Of a stretch of 64,000 nucleotides of DNA, positions 1 through 10,952 are shown piece after piece. The position numbers were made by a program, and so were the translations under genes. The notes under the pieces were generated by a model that searched no databases, was not told the origin of the DNA, and was given only the letters and a program-made list of their open reading frames with translations. Position 1 is the stretch's first letter. Each line of letters begins with the position of its first letter. This stretch comes from Rebecca billardiae RCC1528 (lineage: Eukaryota > Protista > Haptophyta), in contig OZ251223.1 of assembly GCA_965240325.2 (NCBI GenBank), positions 3,720,001 to 3,784,000 on the forward strand, in the 5' to 3' direction.

Positions 1-530
1 TCGCGCAGCCGGGCGCCCAGCTGACTCGGGCCGTGCATCGGAGCACGTGCGCGCGCAGGCGCTGGGCGCCGAGCTGGCCCGGAAGCGCGGCGCCGAGCTC
101 GACGCGCTGCGCCGTGCGCGACGCGGCGACGGACGCGCTGGCTGGGCGCGCGCGGCGCCCTCGTCGCGACGCCCCGTGCAGCAGCTCGAGCAGCCAGCTG
201 TGGAGTAGACGGCCGTCGACTCGAGGGCGCCACCGCGCCGGGTGAGTGAGCACGCACGGGCTCAGCCTCGGTCGGCTGGCTGGCCGCCGCTGCTTCGAGG
301 CCGACGCGGCGGAGGAGGCGGCGGGCGAGCACGCTGCACGGTGGCGCGGTGGAGCAGGCGCGCACGCGCGGCGGCAGGCGCGACCCGCCGCTCGCCTCGT
401 TCCACCCCGAGCTCCGCGCTCGGTCTCGCCTCTCGGTGCGCGGCTGCGCAGCGCCGTGAGTGAGCGCACGGGCCCGGGGGGCGGGGCCGCAGCAGTGGCG
501 CGCGCTCTCGCTCTGCCGGCACGAGGCGCA

Positions 531-595
531 ACGGAGGGTGCACCGCGGGCCTCTAACTACGTTGGTTCTACGGAAGGACCGCGGAACGCGGTCAT
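531..595 (+). mobile_element. 3' terminus of a Helitron2/Helentron-like element (5' part not identifiable or outside the window)
   Basis: ACGGAGGGTGCACCGCGGGCC-TCTAACTACGTTGGTTCTACGGAAG-GACCGCGGAACGCGGTCAT closely matches the ends at 2641-2712 (-) and 57699-57772 (+). It has a 3' asymmetric inverted repeat (TGCACCGCGGGCC, 539-551) and a terminal hairpin (577-593). Confidence 0.7.
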
Positions 596-781
596 AGTCA
601 TCGTCCCCAAATATGGATGATGATGATGACTAATTATAGTTGGACCCTATTTCTTAAATCATAGAATTAATCTATGGTTCAGAAGACGGCGCAGGTCTCC
701 TGATTCGTCGGCGGCAGTGCTTCGAACCCCGATCTCCCGATATCATAGTCAGATCGTTGCCAGCGTTTGCAGTGGCGTACG

Positions 782-2188
782 ATGGCCGATGCCCGAAAAA
801 GCGAGGGTCCGGCTCGGCCGACCGGGGCGCTCTCGCTAGCGTACGCAGGCCTGGGCGCGGGCTTTGCGTACAACCCGTACATGCAGGTTTGGATGCGCGT
901 AGACCTTGGCCTCCCTCCCGCAGCTCTCGGCGCGCTCACGGCAAGCACGTTCGCAACGAATGCGCTCGTCGTGCCAGCGATGGGGATGGCGTTTGACCGC
1001 GTGCGCTCTGCCGCGGGCAAGCGCGCGCTCTTCGCCGCGCTCATCTGCGGCGCCGGTGGCGTGCACGTGCTATACACCGCCTTTCTTGGTCCGCGCACGC
1101 CGCGGCCCGCCGTGTACGCCCTCGTGCTGCTGGGCGAGGCGCTCGCCTACTCAGCGCAGGCGCAGTTTGACGCGCTTGTGCTGCTGCAGCTCGGCGCGGA
1201 CAAGCTGCGGTTCGGACGGGTCCGGCTGTGGTTCGCACTGAGCTTGGGCCTCGCGGTGGCCGCCGTCGGCCTCGCCCGCCCCGCGCGCATGCCACTCGGC
1301 CGGCTGCTCTTTCCCGCCAACGCTGCCATCTTTTGTACCCTCGGGCTGTGCATGTGGGCCGGCCCGCCCACGCGCGCGTGCTGCGTTGCGCGCGCAGCAC
1401 GCCGCTCGGGGTACTGGACGCGGCAGTCGGACGAGGAGGTGGCGCACACCGAGGCAACAATAGCTGCGGCCACGGCCACCAAGGCCGCGCCGTGGGGCGC
1501 CGCTGCACCGGAGGCGGAGGGAGCTCCGGCAGGCGCCACGCAGTCAGCGGGTGCCGCGCGCGTGCAGCCCTCGACGCCCCTCTCGACCCGCCTCAGCCAC
1601 CTCGCGCGCGCGGCCGGCTGGCGCGGTGTGGGCACGTGTGCGGTGGTGTGCGCGCTCGGCATCTCCGCCAAGAGCCTCAACGCGTTTGTGTTCCTGCGCA
1701 TCCGCAGCCTGGGCGGCAGCACGCGGACGATGGGGCTGGCCACGCTGATCAACGTGCTCGCCGAGCTGCCCTTTTTCTACCAGTCTAAGGCCATCATCCA
1801 GACGCTGGGCCCGCAGCGCGTGCTGTACCTCGGGCTCTGCTGCTACGTGGTCCGGGCGCTGTGGTACGCAGCCGTGCGCACGCCCTGGCTCGTCCTCGTG
1901 GTCGAGCCTCTGCACGGGGTCACGTTTGCGCTGGTCTGGGCGACCCTCGTGTCGATCTTTGCGCACGCGGCGCCCGGGCTGGAGGGCACTGCGCAGGGTG
2001 TGCTCAACGGCCTGTTCAACGGCGTGGGCGGCACTGTGGGCGCCTCGGTCGGCGGAGCGCTCTTCGAGCACGAGCCGCGCGCCCTCTTCCTCGCGCTCGC
2101 CGGGCTCGGCAGCGTGACTGCGCTGGGGATGGGCGTGAGTACCGCGGTCTGCGGCGTGACAGGCGCTCGCTACGTCTCACGAAAGTAG
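782..2188 (+). CDS. Major facilitator superfamily transporter (MFSD6/MFS_1-like)
   Basis: Two bundles of hydrophobic helices split by a polar linker, with motifs FGRVRLW, LAELPFF, VVEPLHGVTFALVW and TAQGVLNGLFNGVGGTVGASVGG. First ATG is at 782. Confidence 0.88.
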   Translation: MADARKSEGPARPTGALSLAYAGLGAGFAYNPYMQVWMRVDLGLPPAALGALTASTFATNALVVPAMGMAFDRVRSAAGKRALFAALICGAGGVHVLYTAFLGPRTPRPAVYALVLLGEALAYSAQAQFDALVLLQLGADKLRFGRVRLWFALSLGLAVAAVGLARPARMPLGRLLFPANAAIFCTLGLCMWAGPPTRACCVARAARRSGYWTRQSDEEVAHTEATIAAATATKAAPWGAAAPEAEGAPAGATQSAGAARVQPSTPLSTRLSHLARAAGWRGVGTCAVVCALGISAKSLNAFVFLRIRSLGGSTRTMGLATLINVLAELPFFYQSKAIIQTLGPQRVLYLGLCCYVVRALWYAAVRTPWLVLVVEPLHGVTFALVWATLVSIFAHAAPGLEGTAQGVLNGLFNGVGGTVGASVGGALFEHEPRALFLALAGLGSVTALGMGVSTAVCGVTGARYVSRK

Positions 2189-2640
2189 TGCTGCGTAGCC
2201 CCGCCACCGCTCGCACTGTGGAAGTGCTGCGGAAGTCCCGGCTGCGACAGCGCGCCCGAACATCTCGTCGTCATCATATCGTCGTGATTTGATGGTGCGC
2301 GGACTGCGACGGCGTCTCGCGTGTGATGCAGCCTGCGGACGATTGCGAGCGGGCGAGCCCTCAGCCTGGCGCGGTCGCGCGATGGACCGATGAGCCTGAC
2401 GCGACGATAGCTACTGCTACTGTAGTACGTCGATATCATATATATATATATATACTGCGCTACTCGAATAGGATGCCTGGGCGCGCCGTTGTCGCCGACA
2501 GTCGCACCCCGCGACCCCGTCGTCCAATATCATATCCGCCGTCAGACGACGATGATCGAATTCGAGAGCGTTCGCGCCCGCGCCTTGAAGTTGAACGACG
2601 ACGGACCGGCCTCGTCTAAGACGAATCTATAACTATACTA

Positions 2641-4336
2641 ATGACCGCGTTCCGCGGTCCTTTTCCGTAGAACGAACGTAGTTCGGGGCCCGCGGTGGCG
2701 GTGCACCCTCCGTCGCAGTCGTCCCGTACGTAACTAGACTCCATCCAGCGGCGCGCCGCCCAGCGCCGCGCCTCCGCCGGCCCGGCCGGCCGGCCGGGCG
2801 CGGGCGTGTCGGCGGCTGGCGTGCGCCGAGTGTGGATGTCGGTCGTCGGCCGAGCTGCCCTCATCACAGACGGCCCTTACCTGACCCCCTGCGCGTGCGC
2901 GACGGCCGACAGGCGGATGCGACTCGGCGTGATCGACGCACGAGCGCGACTCTTGCACGCCAGGCCACCGGCGGAGCTGACTGACAGCCAGGGAGCCGAC
3001 GGCGCGGGACCGCGGATTCGACTTCGTTCAGGCCTGCCGCTGACCGTCGTCGCCGCGACGCCAGCAGCGCAGGAGTAGATGATCTGCAGGTCAGTAGGGT
3101 TCGACCTGCGCGCCTGCGCGACGGCCGACAGGCGGGCGCGAGGCGTGAGCGACGCATGAGCGCGACTCTACGTGCACACCAGGCCCACGCGGCCGAGCTG
3201 ACTGACCGAGCCAGGGAGCACGGTGCGAGCAGCCATGCAGCACCGGTGCTTGCGCGCGCCGCGCGTGCACGGGGTGACACACCTCGGTCAGGCTCGGCAC
3301 GCGTCGCAGAGGCACGGCCAGCTCTGGGCACGCCAGGCGCCCAGGCCACGCGGAGCTGACAGCCACGGGGAGCCGACGGCGCGGGGCCGCGGCCAGTTCG
3401 ACTTGCGCCTGCTCTGAAGAAGAGTTCTGGGAGACCCTGGCGGAGAGGCATGGCAAGGGGGGCGTGTGGTGAAGTCGGAGACTCAGAGATCGATCAGTCC
3501 GGCATCATGCGCCGCTGCCCCCGAGCTTGCGAGAGCCCGAACACAGGGCGGCGGCTGCGGCGGCGGCGGCGCGGCCGCGCGGCCGGCCGCGCAGGCATCG
3601 ACAGGGCGCGGCAGGGGCGTGCGGAGTGACTAGTGAGCGGGCACGAACGCGATGTCGACGGCCGTCGGGACCCGCCGCAGACGCGCGCTCCAGGCGCCAC
3701 TCGGCACTCGCCACGCGCCGACCTGCCCATCGAGCGCCCCCTTGGACCAAGCAAGAGTCGTCGCGGCTCGCTCGCCACCCCCGAAGAAACCTGCACACGT
3801 CCTTGCGACGGCGGCAGGTTTTGAGCTCGCCAGCTCGGTAAGTCAGTGACTATGGAATGGGCTGGCAACGAATAGCTGCGCGGGTATTTTCAATAAGGCT
3901 TGCGGGTTTTAGACTCTAGATACCAACCGCCGCAAAGCCAAGTTCGTATTCATCAAGGCGGAGGCAAACTATGATACATGGATACGAAGCGCTGTAAATG
4001 TTCTCAAGCGAATACGACCCCGTGATGACGAAAATTTTGCCGCTAACGATGTGTAATAAAAATAGCCTCAAAGAAGCTGACGCTTGTATTGGACTTGTAA
4101 CCGTCCTACTTCACACTCACGCCCGGCCGTCCACGATTGATTAGGGGAATGTCGTGGGCGCGGTTTTTTCTCCGTAATGCATGTGTAGAGAGGGTCTCAA
4201 AAATCGAAACTCGGTCTCCGCCAGCCCTAAAAATCGCCCCCCGTCCCGTTTTTCTTGATCAAAGATCTTTTTGAAACGTGGTTCGGGCCCACGGAGCGGG
4301 CTCCACGCTGCGCGCTCCGCCCTGCACCGCGGGCCA
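2641..4336 (-). mobile_element. Non-autonomous Helitron2/Helentron-like element, copy A (~1.7 kb)
   Basis: The reverse complement is colinear with 56104-57772 at both ends and through most of the interior. 5' end is TGGCCCGCGGTGCA, with a subterminal inverted copy and a 3' hairpin GACCGCG-GAA-CGCGGTC. Flanks are AT-rich, with no TSD and no coding capacity. Confidence 0.75.
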
Positions 4337-4662
4337 TAATACTTCTACTAGCATCAGCAGATTAGTTAGTTATTAGTTATAGTACGCGCGACTGATGATA
4401 ATAGTACTGTACACTAACGGACAGATGATGACGAATCATGTGATTACATGACGAAGCTCGCGCCTGTTCTGACGAATGTGCGTCCCATCAAGAGCGCTAC
4501 ACGGCTCGCGCGGCTCTCAGCTCAGTCAGCTCTGAGCTCTCTGCGCGCTTGCAGCAGGTGCGCGTGCCGCTCGAGCTCGACGTGCCATGCGCGGCGCGCT
4601 GGGTGCGCCCCCCGCGGACCGCGCGCTTGCGGCCTTGCGCAGCTCGCCCTTTCCAGCTGCGC

Positions 4663-6189
4663 TCACACGCGGGCACTCCTGTCTGCTGTCTCCTCGGTCC
4701 GGCCCTCCTCGGAGGTGCCGCCGCGGCCTGGCCGCGGCGTCGGCTCCCGGAAGCCCACTGTGAACACACGTGCGCCTCGGAGCCGGATCTCGAGCACGAG
4801 CTTGCGCCCAATCAGCGCCTCGAATGGCCGCGAGCGCGCCCCGAAGAGCACCGGCTCGTCCGTGACGTTGCGCCCGCGGATCGGGAGCGCGAGGTCGGCG
4901 CTCGGCCAGAATTGGCCGGCGGTCCACTCCGCCGAGGGCTGCGCGCCAATCTGCACGTACGCGCCTGCCTCCCCCGGCACATCCGTGTCGGCGCTCACAG
5001 TCAGCTCGGCCGCGGTGCAGAGCACGCGCCGCGTGAAGACCGTGCCAGAGCCGCTCAGCGCGACAAAGCCGTCGGGCCGCAGCGTGGCGAGGCCGAGCGA
5101 CGTGTTCCGCGGGCCATTGTGCTCGCCGTTCCCACCCGCGTAGTACACCCTCTCCTCGCCCTGCTCCGGCGCGCGCACAGGCTTGGCCGGGAACACGATG
5201 TGGGAGTCAAACCTGCCAGAGGCCACGCCGGCGGCTGGCACGAACGGCCGGCCCCCCTTGCCGCCCGGGCGCGGCGGCTCGCCCACCCAGCCCCATGCGA
5301 GCCCGTCGCGCGAGGCGGCGAGGTGCGGCGCGATCAGCCGCGCGGGCACGTCCCACACGCTCACAAGCGCGAGGTAAGCGTTGTGCCACTTCCATGAAAC
5401 TGCCGAGTAGTGCTGCAGCTCAGCTTGGGCGCGCAGGACACTGCGGATGCGCGCGCGCGTGGTCGGCGGCCAGCGCGGCGTGCGCGCCATGCCGATCGAG
5501 CGCACGCCAGGCTCGTGCATCACGCGCGTCGTGAAGACGTACATGCACATCTCCTCGTCCCAGAAGACATTGTTGTGGTCGTCGTACCTGTGCGGCGGTG
5601 GCCAGGAGACGTTGGTCGCACCGTGCCAGTGCAGGCCGTCCGCAGAGCTCGCGACACCCTCGACGCAGTCGTGCGCGCCTCCGGGCCCAAAGCAGCCGGA
5701 GCCGAACGCCTTGTACTGCCGCGACTTGTCGCCCTCGTGCTCGTCGAACACGACGCCCACGCCGTCCGAGTGGCCGGCGACGATATTGTTACGCACGCCG
5801 TACCGCCGGAGCCATGGGTTCACACTCGCCTCCGGCGCCGCGCTGAGGTTGTAGATGCCGAGGTTGGGCTTGTGCCACGCGAGCCCGTCACGCGAGCGCG
5901 CGAACAGCAGCGCAAACGACCGGTTGGTCCCTTCGCCCACGTCGAAGCCGAGGCCAGCGACGGAGCAGCCGTACCACATTTTCCAACTCCCCTCGCGCTG
6001 GTGCACGTTTGGGTACGCATTGTCGCAGCGCTGCTCCCACGGACGATCCTGCGCAAAGAGCGGCGACGCCGGGTGCTTGTGTGCCTCACCCAGAGCGAGG
6101 CGCACCCCGGCTGGTAAGGGTAGGGCCACGATCGAGAACGCAGCGAGCAAGCTGCTGCGTATCGTCGCCGGATCCGCCGCCGTCACCAT
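4663..6189 (-). CDS. Glycoside hydrolase-like five-bladed beta-propeller protein (GH32/GH43 clan-like), secreted
   Basis: 508 aa, intronless, hydrophobic N-terminus. Repeated S-x-D-G-L-x-W blade motifs (SRDGLAW, SADGLHW, SRDGLAW), plus WHKPNLG...NNIV, RYDDHNNVFWD and C-terminal LRPDGFVAL. Confidence 0.7.
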   Translation of the reverse strand: MVTAADPATIRSSLLAAFSIVALPLPAGVRLALGEAHKHPASPLFAQDRPWEQRCDNAYPNVHQREGSWKMWYGCSVAGLGFDVGEGTNRSFALLFARSRDGLAWHKPNLGIYNLSAAPEASVNPWLRRYGVRNNIVAGHSDGVGVVFDEHEGDKSRQYKAFGSGCFGPGGAHDCVEGVASSADGLHWHGATNVSWPPPHRYDDHNNVFWDEEMCMYVFTTRVMHEPGVRSIGMARTPRWPPTTRARIRSVLRAQAELQHYSAVSWKWHNAYLALVSVWDVPARLIAPHLAASRDGLAWGWVGEPPRPGGKGGRPFVPAAGVASGRFDSHIVFPAKPVRAPEQGEERVYYAGGNGEHNGPRNTSLGLATLRPDGFVALSGSGTVFTRRVLCTAAELTVSADTDVPGEAGAYVQIGAQPSAEWTAGQFWPSADLALPIRGRNVTDEPVLFGARSRPFEALIGRKLVLEIRLRGARVFTVGFREPTPRPGRGGTSEEGRTEETADRSARV

Positions 6190-6350
6190 GAAGATCTACG
6201 ACTGCTTTTCGTGAGCAGGCTGCACGCCGCTGAGTGAGCGGAGTGAGGCACGTCAACGGTTAATCGAACGATGGCGTCCGTCGACCGTCGACTCGTGAGT
6301 CGTGACTCGTCAAGGCCAACACCCGTGGTGGCCTCGACGGCGGGTCAGAC

Positions 6351-9300
6351 TCAGAACAGTTCGCTTGCGTCGGCCGCGCCGCGCTCCATCCTGAGCGGGC
6401 TCCGCGGATGCGATCGCGGCCGCGGTGGCGGCGCGCGCTCCGCGCCAGAGTGCAGAGCGCCGCAGGAACGCGTGCCCAGCGCCGGGCGCACGGCATTGAC
6501 CAGAACGACGAGCGCCGGCAGAGCCACGCCCGCAGCGAGCACCCACGCCGCGAGCGTGGTGGCCGGCGCCACGCGACCGCGGTGGCGGCCAGCGCCACCG
6601 TGCGGAGGCGTGGCAGCGCCGCGCGGCTCGCGCCAGCCCATCGCGTCGGCACGCTCCGCCGCGCGCTCTGCCAGGCTGAACGTTGCGTCGTCCACGTCGC
6701 CGTCGACGTCGTCGACCGGGATGAGCATGATGTCCGCCAGCGGATCCATCGGCCCCAGCTTGGGCGTGTCCCCGCGCGGCGAGGCGTACAGCTGGCCGGC
6801 GTGCAGCGCGCTCGCGCGTGCCACGACGCACGTCCCGCTCGCGTGCGTCGTGCCGAGCTGCAGCGCGACCAGCCCGCCCATCTCACCGTCGATGGCGTCG
6901 AGCTCGGGGTGGCGCGTGAGGTCGGCGACGCTCATCGTGCCGATCGGGTTGCGCTCGAGCAGCACCCAGCCCGTGTTCTCGCTCAGCCCCTGCAGGGCCA
7001 GGTCGACCCGGCCGCCGAGCTCGCACCGGCCGAGCCAGTCCACGCGCACGCGCGTGCCCTCCGCGCTCCCCGAGGGCGTGAGCGTGCACTCGACGTCCCG
7101 GCACCCCTCGCACGTGCGCCACGACTTGGTGAACGCCTTGCAGCACGCGCCGCACGTCGCGCACGTCGCGGGGTGGCACTCGTGCGGCGGCGACGGGGGG
7201 CGCGGCGGGCGCGGTGGCGGCGGCGGCGAGGGCGGCAGTGAGGGCGGCCGGCTCGGCGGCGGGGCGCGCGGCGGCGGCGAGCTCGGCGGGCTGGGCGGCG
7301 AGCCGGGCGGCGGGCTGCGCGGCGGCGGCGAGGGTGGCGCGAGCAGCACGAAGACCTCCGGGTCGTGCACGCCGAAGAGCTGCTCCGCCGACACCGAGTG
7401 GTAGAAGCGGCCGCCGTGCAGCACGCTCACCGAGCGCAGCACGCACTGCGCGCGCGCCCCGTCTGCGCGCAGCTGCAGAGCCAGCAGCTCGCGCAGCTCG
7501 TCCGGCTCGTGCAGCTGCCGGTCGACGCTCAGGTCCTGCACCGTCATCACGCCGGCGACGTGGCGCGCGAGCTGCATCCAGCCCGTGTTCCGCGCGTAGT
7601 CCTGCAGCGAGACGTACACGGGGCAGCCCAGCTCGCACCCCGCCTCGCCGCCCCAGCGCGCGAGCACGCGTGTGCCGTGCGTGTCGCCGTCCGGCGTGAG
7701 CGAGCAGCTCTGCGCCTTGCACGCCTTGCACTCGTGCCAGTGGCGGATGTACGCCTTGCAGCACGCCGTGCACGTGCGGCACTGCGTCGGGTGGCACTCG
7801 TGCTCCGCGGGCGGGAACGGCGGCGGCGGCGGGTGCGGCGGCGACGCGGGCGGCGGCAGCGGCGGGATGGGCGGCGGCGACGGCGGCGGCGGATGCGAGG
7901 GCGGGAAGCTTGGCGGGAGCGAGGGCGGCGACGGCGGCGGCGCAGGAGGGCGCGCGGGTGGGGGCGACGGCGGCGGCGGCGACGGCGGCCGAGAGGGCGG
8001 GTCGAGGGGCGGCGGCGCTCTCGGCGAAGGTGGCGGCGAACGCGGCGGCGGTCTGGGGCTGGGTGGCGGGAGGCGGGGCGGAAGCAAGGGTGGCAGGTGT
8101 GGCGGCGGGCGCGGCGGCGCGGAGGGCGGCGCAGAAGGGGGCGCGCTCGGTGGCGGCGGGCTCGGTGGCGGCGTGGGAGGCCTCGGCGGCGGCGGCGCGG
8201 ACGGTGGCGGCGGCGGGCTGAAGTGGCACACGCCGCGTGCGCCGACCCGCGCGCTCGAGTCGTAGTTCCACGCGCGCGGGTCCGCACAGCCGCTGTACAC
8301 GCACGCGCGCCCCGCGTGCACCACAGCGAGAGGGTCGTAGCTGTCCGCCGTCGGGTCCGCGCAGCCCGTGGGCGGAGGGCGCGGGGGCGGCGGCGGCGTG
8401 CTCGGCGGCCGTGGCGGCGGCGACGCCGGCGGCGTGCGCGGCGGGGCGGCCGGCGGATGGCGCGGCGGCGCCGCCGGCGGCGGCGTTGGCGGCGGCGTCG
8501 GCGGCGGCGGCGGCGGCGTCGGCGGCCGGCCAGCAGGCGGGAAGCCCGACTGGCCGACTGCGAGGCCCGCCGGAGGTGGCGAGGGCTGGCGGGGCGGGGG
8601 GAGAGGTGGCGGCGTGGGTGGCGGGCGCGGCGGCGGCGCGCTCGGAGGTGGCGGGCTGGGTGGTGGGCGCGACGGCGGCGTTCTAGGTGGCGCGCTCGGC
8701 GGAGAGCTCGGCGGCGGGCCAGGCGATGGCGGCGGGGGCGGCTCGGGCGACGGCGGCCGGCTGGGCGGCGGAGGCGCGCTCGGCGGTGTGTGCGGCGGTG
8801 GGGCCGGTGGGCGGCTCGGAGGCGCGCTCGGCGGCGGCGAGGATGGCGGCTGGGGCGGCGGCGGGCTGGGCGGTCGGCTGGGCGGCGGAGGCGGCGGCGG
8901 ACTCGGCGGCGGGTGTGGCGGCGGCGGGCTCGGCGGCGGCGCGCTGGGCGGCGGGCTCGGAGGCAGCCTCGGCGGCGCGCGGGGCGGCGGCGCGCTGGGC
9001 GGCGGCGCGCTGGGCGGCGGAGGCGGCGGCAGCCGGGGCGGCGGCGGCGGCGGCAGGGGCGAGTGCAAGCACCACGTCGAGAAGAGCGCCTCGGGGCACT
9101 CGTGCTCCACGCACTCGCGGCACACGCCCTCCGCCGTCGCGTAGGCCGCGCAGCACCGCGGGCAAGTACTGCAGTGGGCGGGCGCGGGCGCGCACACGAG
9201 AGGGCACACCTCGCGCGCGGGGCTCGTGGCGGGTCGGCACTCGAGCGCGACGCACAGGCCGCACGTCGCGCGCGTGTCGAGGTACACCTTGCAGCACACG

Positions 9301-10952
9301 TCACACACGGCCGTGCGCGCGCACGCGTCTCGGCCCAGGTGGCACGTCGCCGGCGCGGGCGGCGCGGGCGGCGGGTGCGGCGGCGGCGAGCGCGGCGGCG
9401 GGCTGCGCGGTGGCGAGCGCACGGGCGGCGGCGGTGCGAGCGTGGGCGGCGGCGGCGGCGGCGGCGAGATGTGCTCGCGCGGCAAGATCGCAAAGCCATA
9501 GAACGACGCCTCCTCCACCAGCAGCGGGTTCTCACCCATCCCCGACCAGCCGAACTCGCGCCACTGGCCGGCGCGCAGCGCGCTCAGCACGGACAGCGGG
9601 CGGGACGAGTGGACGCGCCCGTGCAGCCCGAGCGTGCGCGGCGCGTCGTGGGCGCAGTACGCGCTGTCGGCGCGCCAGCTGGGCCTGTGGATGCCCCAGC
9701 ACATCCCGCTCCCGCCGCCGCCGCCGCCCTCGTCCAGCCCGTCCCCGTTCGTGTACGCCACGTGCGCGCCGAGCAGATACAGCCCCGGCGCGTGCGGCGA
9801 GGCCGAGCCCACGCCCGGCTCGAAGGCGAAGCCGCTGAGCAGCAGCACGCGGTCCTCGATGAGCGTGCCGCGCCGCGTGCGCACGAGCTGCGAGCCGCCG
9901 CCCGCCAGCTGCCGCGTCCAGCGCAGCGGCTCCTCCCCCACCCGCCGGTTGACCGCGCGGAAGTGCGCGCCGGTCACGGCGAGCACGCCAAACTGCGCGC
10001 ACGAGGCGAGCAGCGATGCGCGCGCGCTGGAGCAGCCGTCGCACCACACGCTGAGCTCGTCGCCGGCCTCGACGTGGAGCAGCGCGGCGGTGCCAAAGTT
10101 GCCCGAGCCGCGCAGCGCGTTCACGCTCGCGCCCGGCGAGTCGTTCCAGCCGGGCAGCCCGAGCAGGTCGAGGCCGTTCACGCGCAGCTGCCACGCGACG
10201 CGCGCCGGACTCCGCCCTGCTGTGCCGCCAAACGGCGCCATGCGCGCCTCCCTGTAGTCAATCTGGAAGTACGCGTAGTACGCGCCGGTCGCGGGCGCGA
10301 TCCACGCATTCAGCCGCGGCAGGAACGCCATGCTCACGTCCAGCTCGGCGCGCTCCAGCGGCACGTACCCGTCCGCCAGCTGCCACTCGCGCGGCAGCAG
10401 CACGTGCGCGGCGCCCGTCGGGTCCGCGACGGCGAAGCCGAGGAGGGAGACGTTCACGGTCAGGTTGAGGTCGAGCTCGAGTCCGGTGTACTCCACCGTG
10501 GCGCGGTCGCCACGCCCCAGCTCCACTGTCCACGAGAGGGCCGTTGGCGCCGCGCCGCTCCTCGCGCGCCAGCACGGCTGGTCGTTGAGCGCAGCGGCGG
10601 CGCCAATGTCCAGTCGGCGCTGGCCAACGCCGCCGTTGCGCACGAAGCGCCAGGTGATCGTGTCCGCTTTTGCACTCGTGCAGCGCTCCGCGTCGGCGCG
10701 GAACGCAAAGTGGTACACCGCCGAGGCGGGCGCGGTGAAGAGCTGGCGGCGGAAGGCGCCGTGAGTGTCAACAACCTCCGACGCGAAGCGCACGGCCGTG
10801 CCCGCCGTGCTGGGCACGTTCGGCTCGAGGTGCACGCCGATGCCAACGGCGTGAAACGCGATGGGTGACAGCTCGAGCTCCGCCGCGGGCAGCCCGAGCG
10901 CCACAACGAGCGCGAGCAGACCTCCGCCGGCTCGCGGCCGGCGTTCCGCCAT
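6351..10952 (-). CDS. Secreted/type I membrane protein with tandem C1q-like domains, Cys-rich repeats and Pro-rich stalks
   Basis: 1533 aa ORF with a signal peptide, C1q-like motifs (FTAPASAVYHFAF, WIAPATGAYYAYFQI, PHAPGLYLLGAHV), four CxxCxxCC..CxxC repeats, a GCADP repeat pair, SPPP tracts and a C-terminal hydrophobic helix. Confidence 0.75.
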   Translation of the reverse strand: MAERRPRAGGGLLALVVALGLPAAELELSPIAFHAVGIGVHLEPNVPSTAGTAVRFASEVVDTHGAFRRQLFTAPASAVYHFAFRADAERCTSAKADTITWRFVRNGGVGQRRLDIGAAAALNDQPCWRARSGAAPTALSWTVELGRGDRATVEYTGLELDLNLTVNVSLLGFAVADPTGAAHVLLPREWQLADGYVPLERAELDVSMAFLPRLNAWIAPATGAYYAYFQIDYREARMAPFGGTAGRSPARVAWQLRVNGLDLLGLPGWNDSPGASVNALRGSGNFGTAALLHVEAGDELSVWCDGCSSARASLLASCAQFGVLAVTGAHFRAVNRRVGEEPLRWTRQLAGGGSQLVRTRRGTLIEDRVLLLSGFAFEPGVGSASPHAPGLYLLGAHVAYTNGDGLDEGGGGGGSGMCWGIHRPSWRADSAYCAHDAPRTLGLHGRVHSSRPLSVLSALRAGQWREFGWSGMGENPLLVEEASFYGFAILPREHISPPPPPPPTLAPPPPVRSPPRSPPPRSPPPHPPPAPPAPATCHLGRDACARTAVCDVCCKVYLDTRATCGLCVALECRPATSPAREVCPLVCAPAPAHCSTCPRCCAAYATAEGVCRECVEHECPEALFSTWCLHSPLPPPPPPRLPPPPPPSAPPPSAPPPRAPPRLPPSPPPSAPPPSPPPPHPPPSPPPPPPPSRPPSPPPPQPPSSPPPSAPPSRPPAPPPHTPPSAPPPPSRPPSPEPPPPPSPGPPPSSPPSAPPRTPPSRPPPSPPPPSAPPPRPPPTPPPLPPPRQPSPPPAGLAVGQSGFPPAGRPPTPPPPPPTPPPTPPPAAPPRHPPAAPPRTPPASPPPRPPSTPPPPPRPPPTGCADPTADSYDPLAVVHAGRACVYSGCADPRAWNYDSSARVGARGVCHFSPPPPPSAPPPPRPPTPPPSPPPPSAPPSAPPSAPPRPPPHLPPLLPPRLPPPSPRPPPRSPPPSPRAPPPLDPPSRPPSPPPPSPPPARPPAPPPSPPSLPPSFPPSHPPPPSPPPIPPLPPPASPPHPPPPPFPPAEHECHPTQCRTCTACCKAYIRHWHECKACKAQSCSLTPDGDTHGTRVLARWGGEAGCELGCPVYVSLQDYARNTGWMQLARHVAGVMTVQDLSVDRQLHEPDELRELLALQLRADGARAQCVLRSVSVLHGGRFYHSVSAEQLFGVHDPEVFVLLAPPSPPPRSPPPGSPPSPPSSPPPRAPPPSRPPSLPPSPPPPPRPPRPPSPPHECHPATCATCGACCKAFTKSWRTCEGCRDVECTLTPSGSAEGTRVRVDWLGRCELGGRVDLALQGLSENTGWVLLERNPIGTMSVADLTRHPELDAIDGEMGGLVALQLGTTHASGTCVVARASALHAGQLYASPRGDTPKLGPMDPLADIMLIPVDDVDGDVDDATFSLAERAAERADAMGWREPRGAATPPHGGAGRHRGRVAPATTLAAWVLAAGVALPALVVLVNAVRPALGTRSCGALHSGAERAPPPRPRSHPRSPLRMERGAADASELF

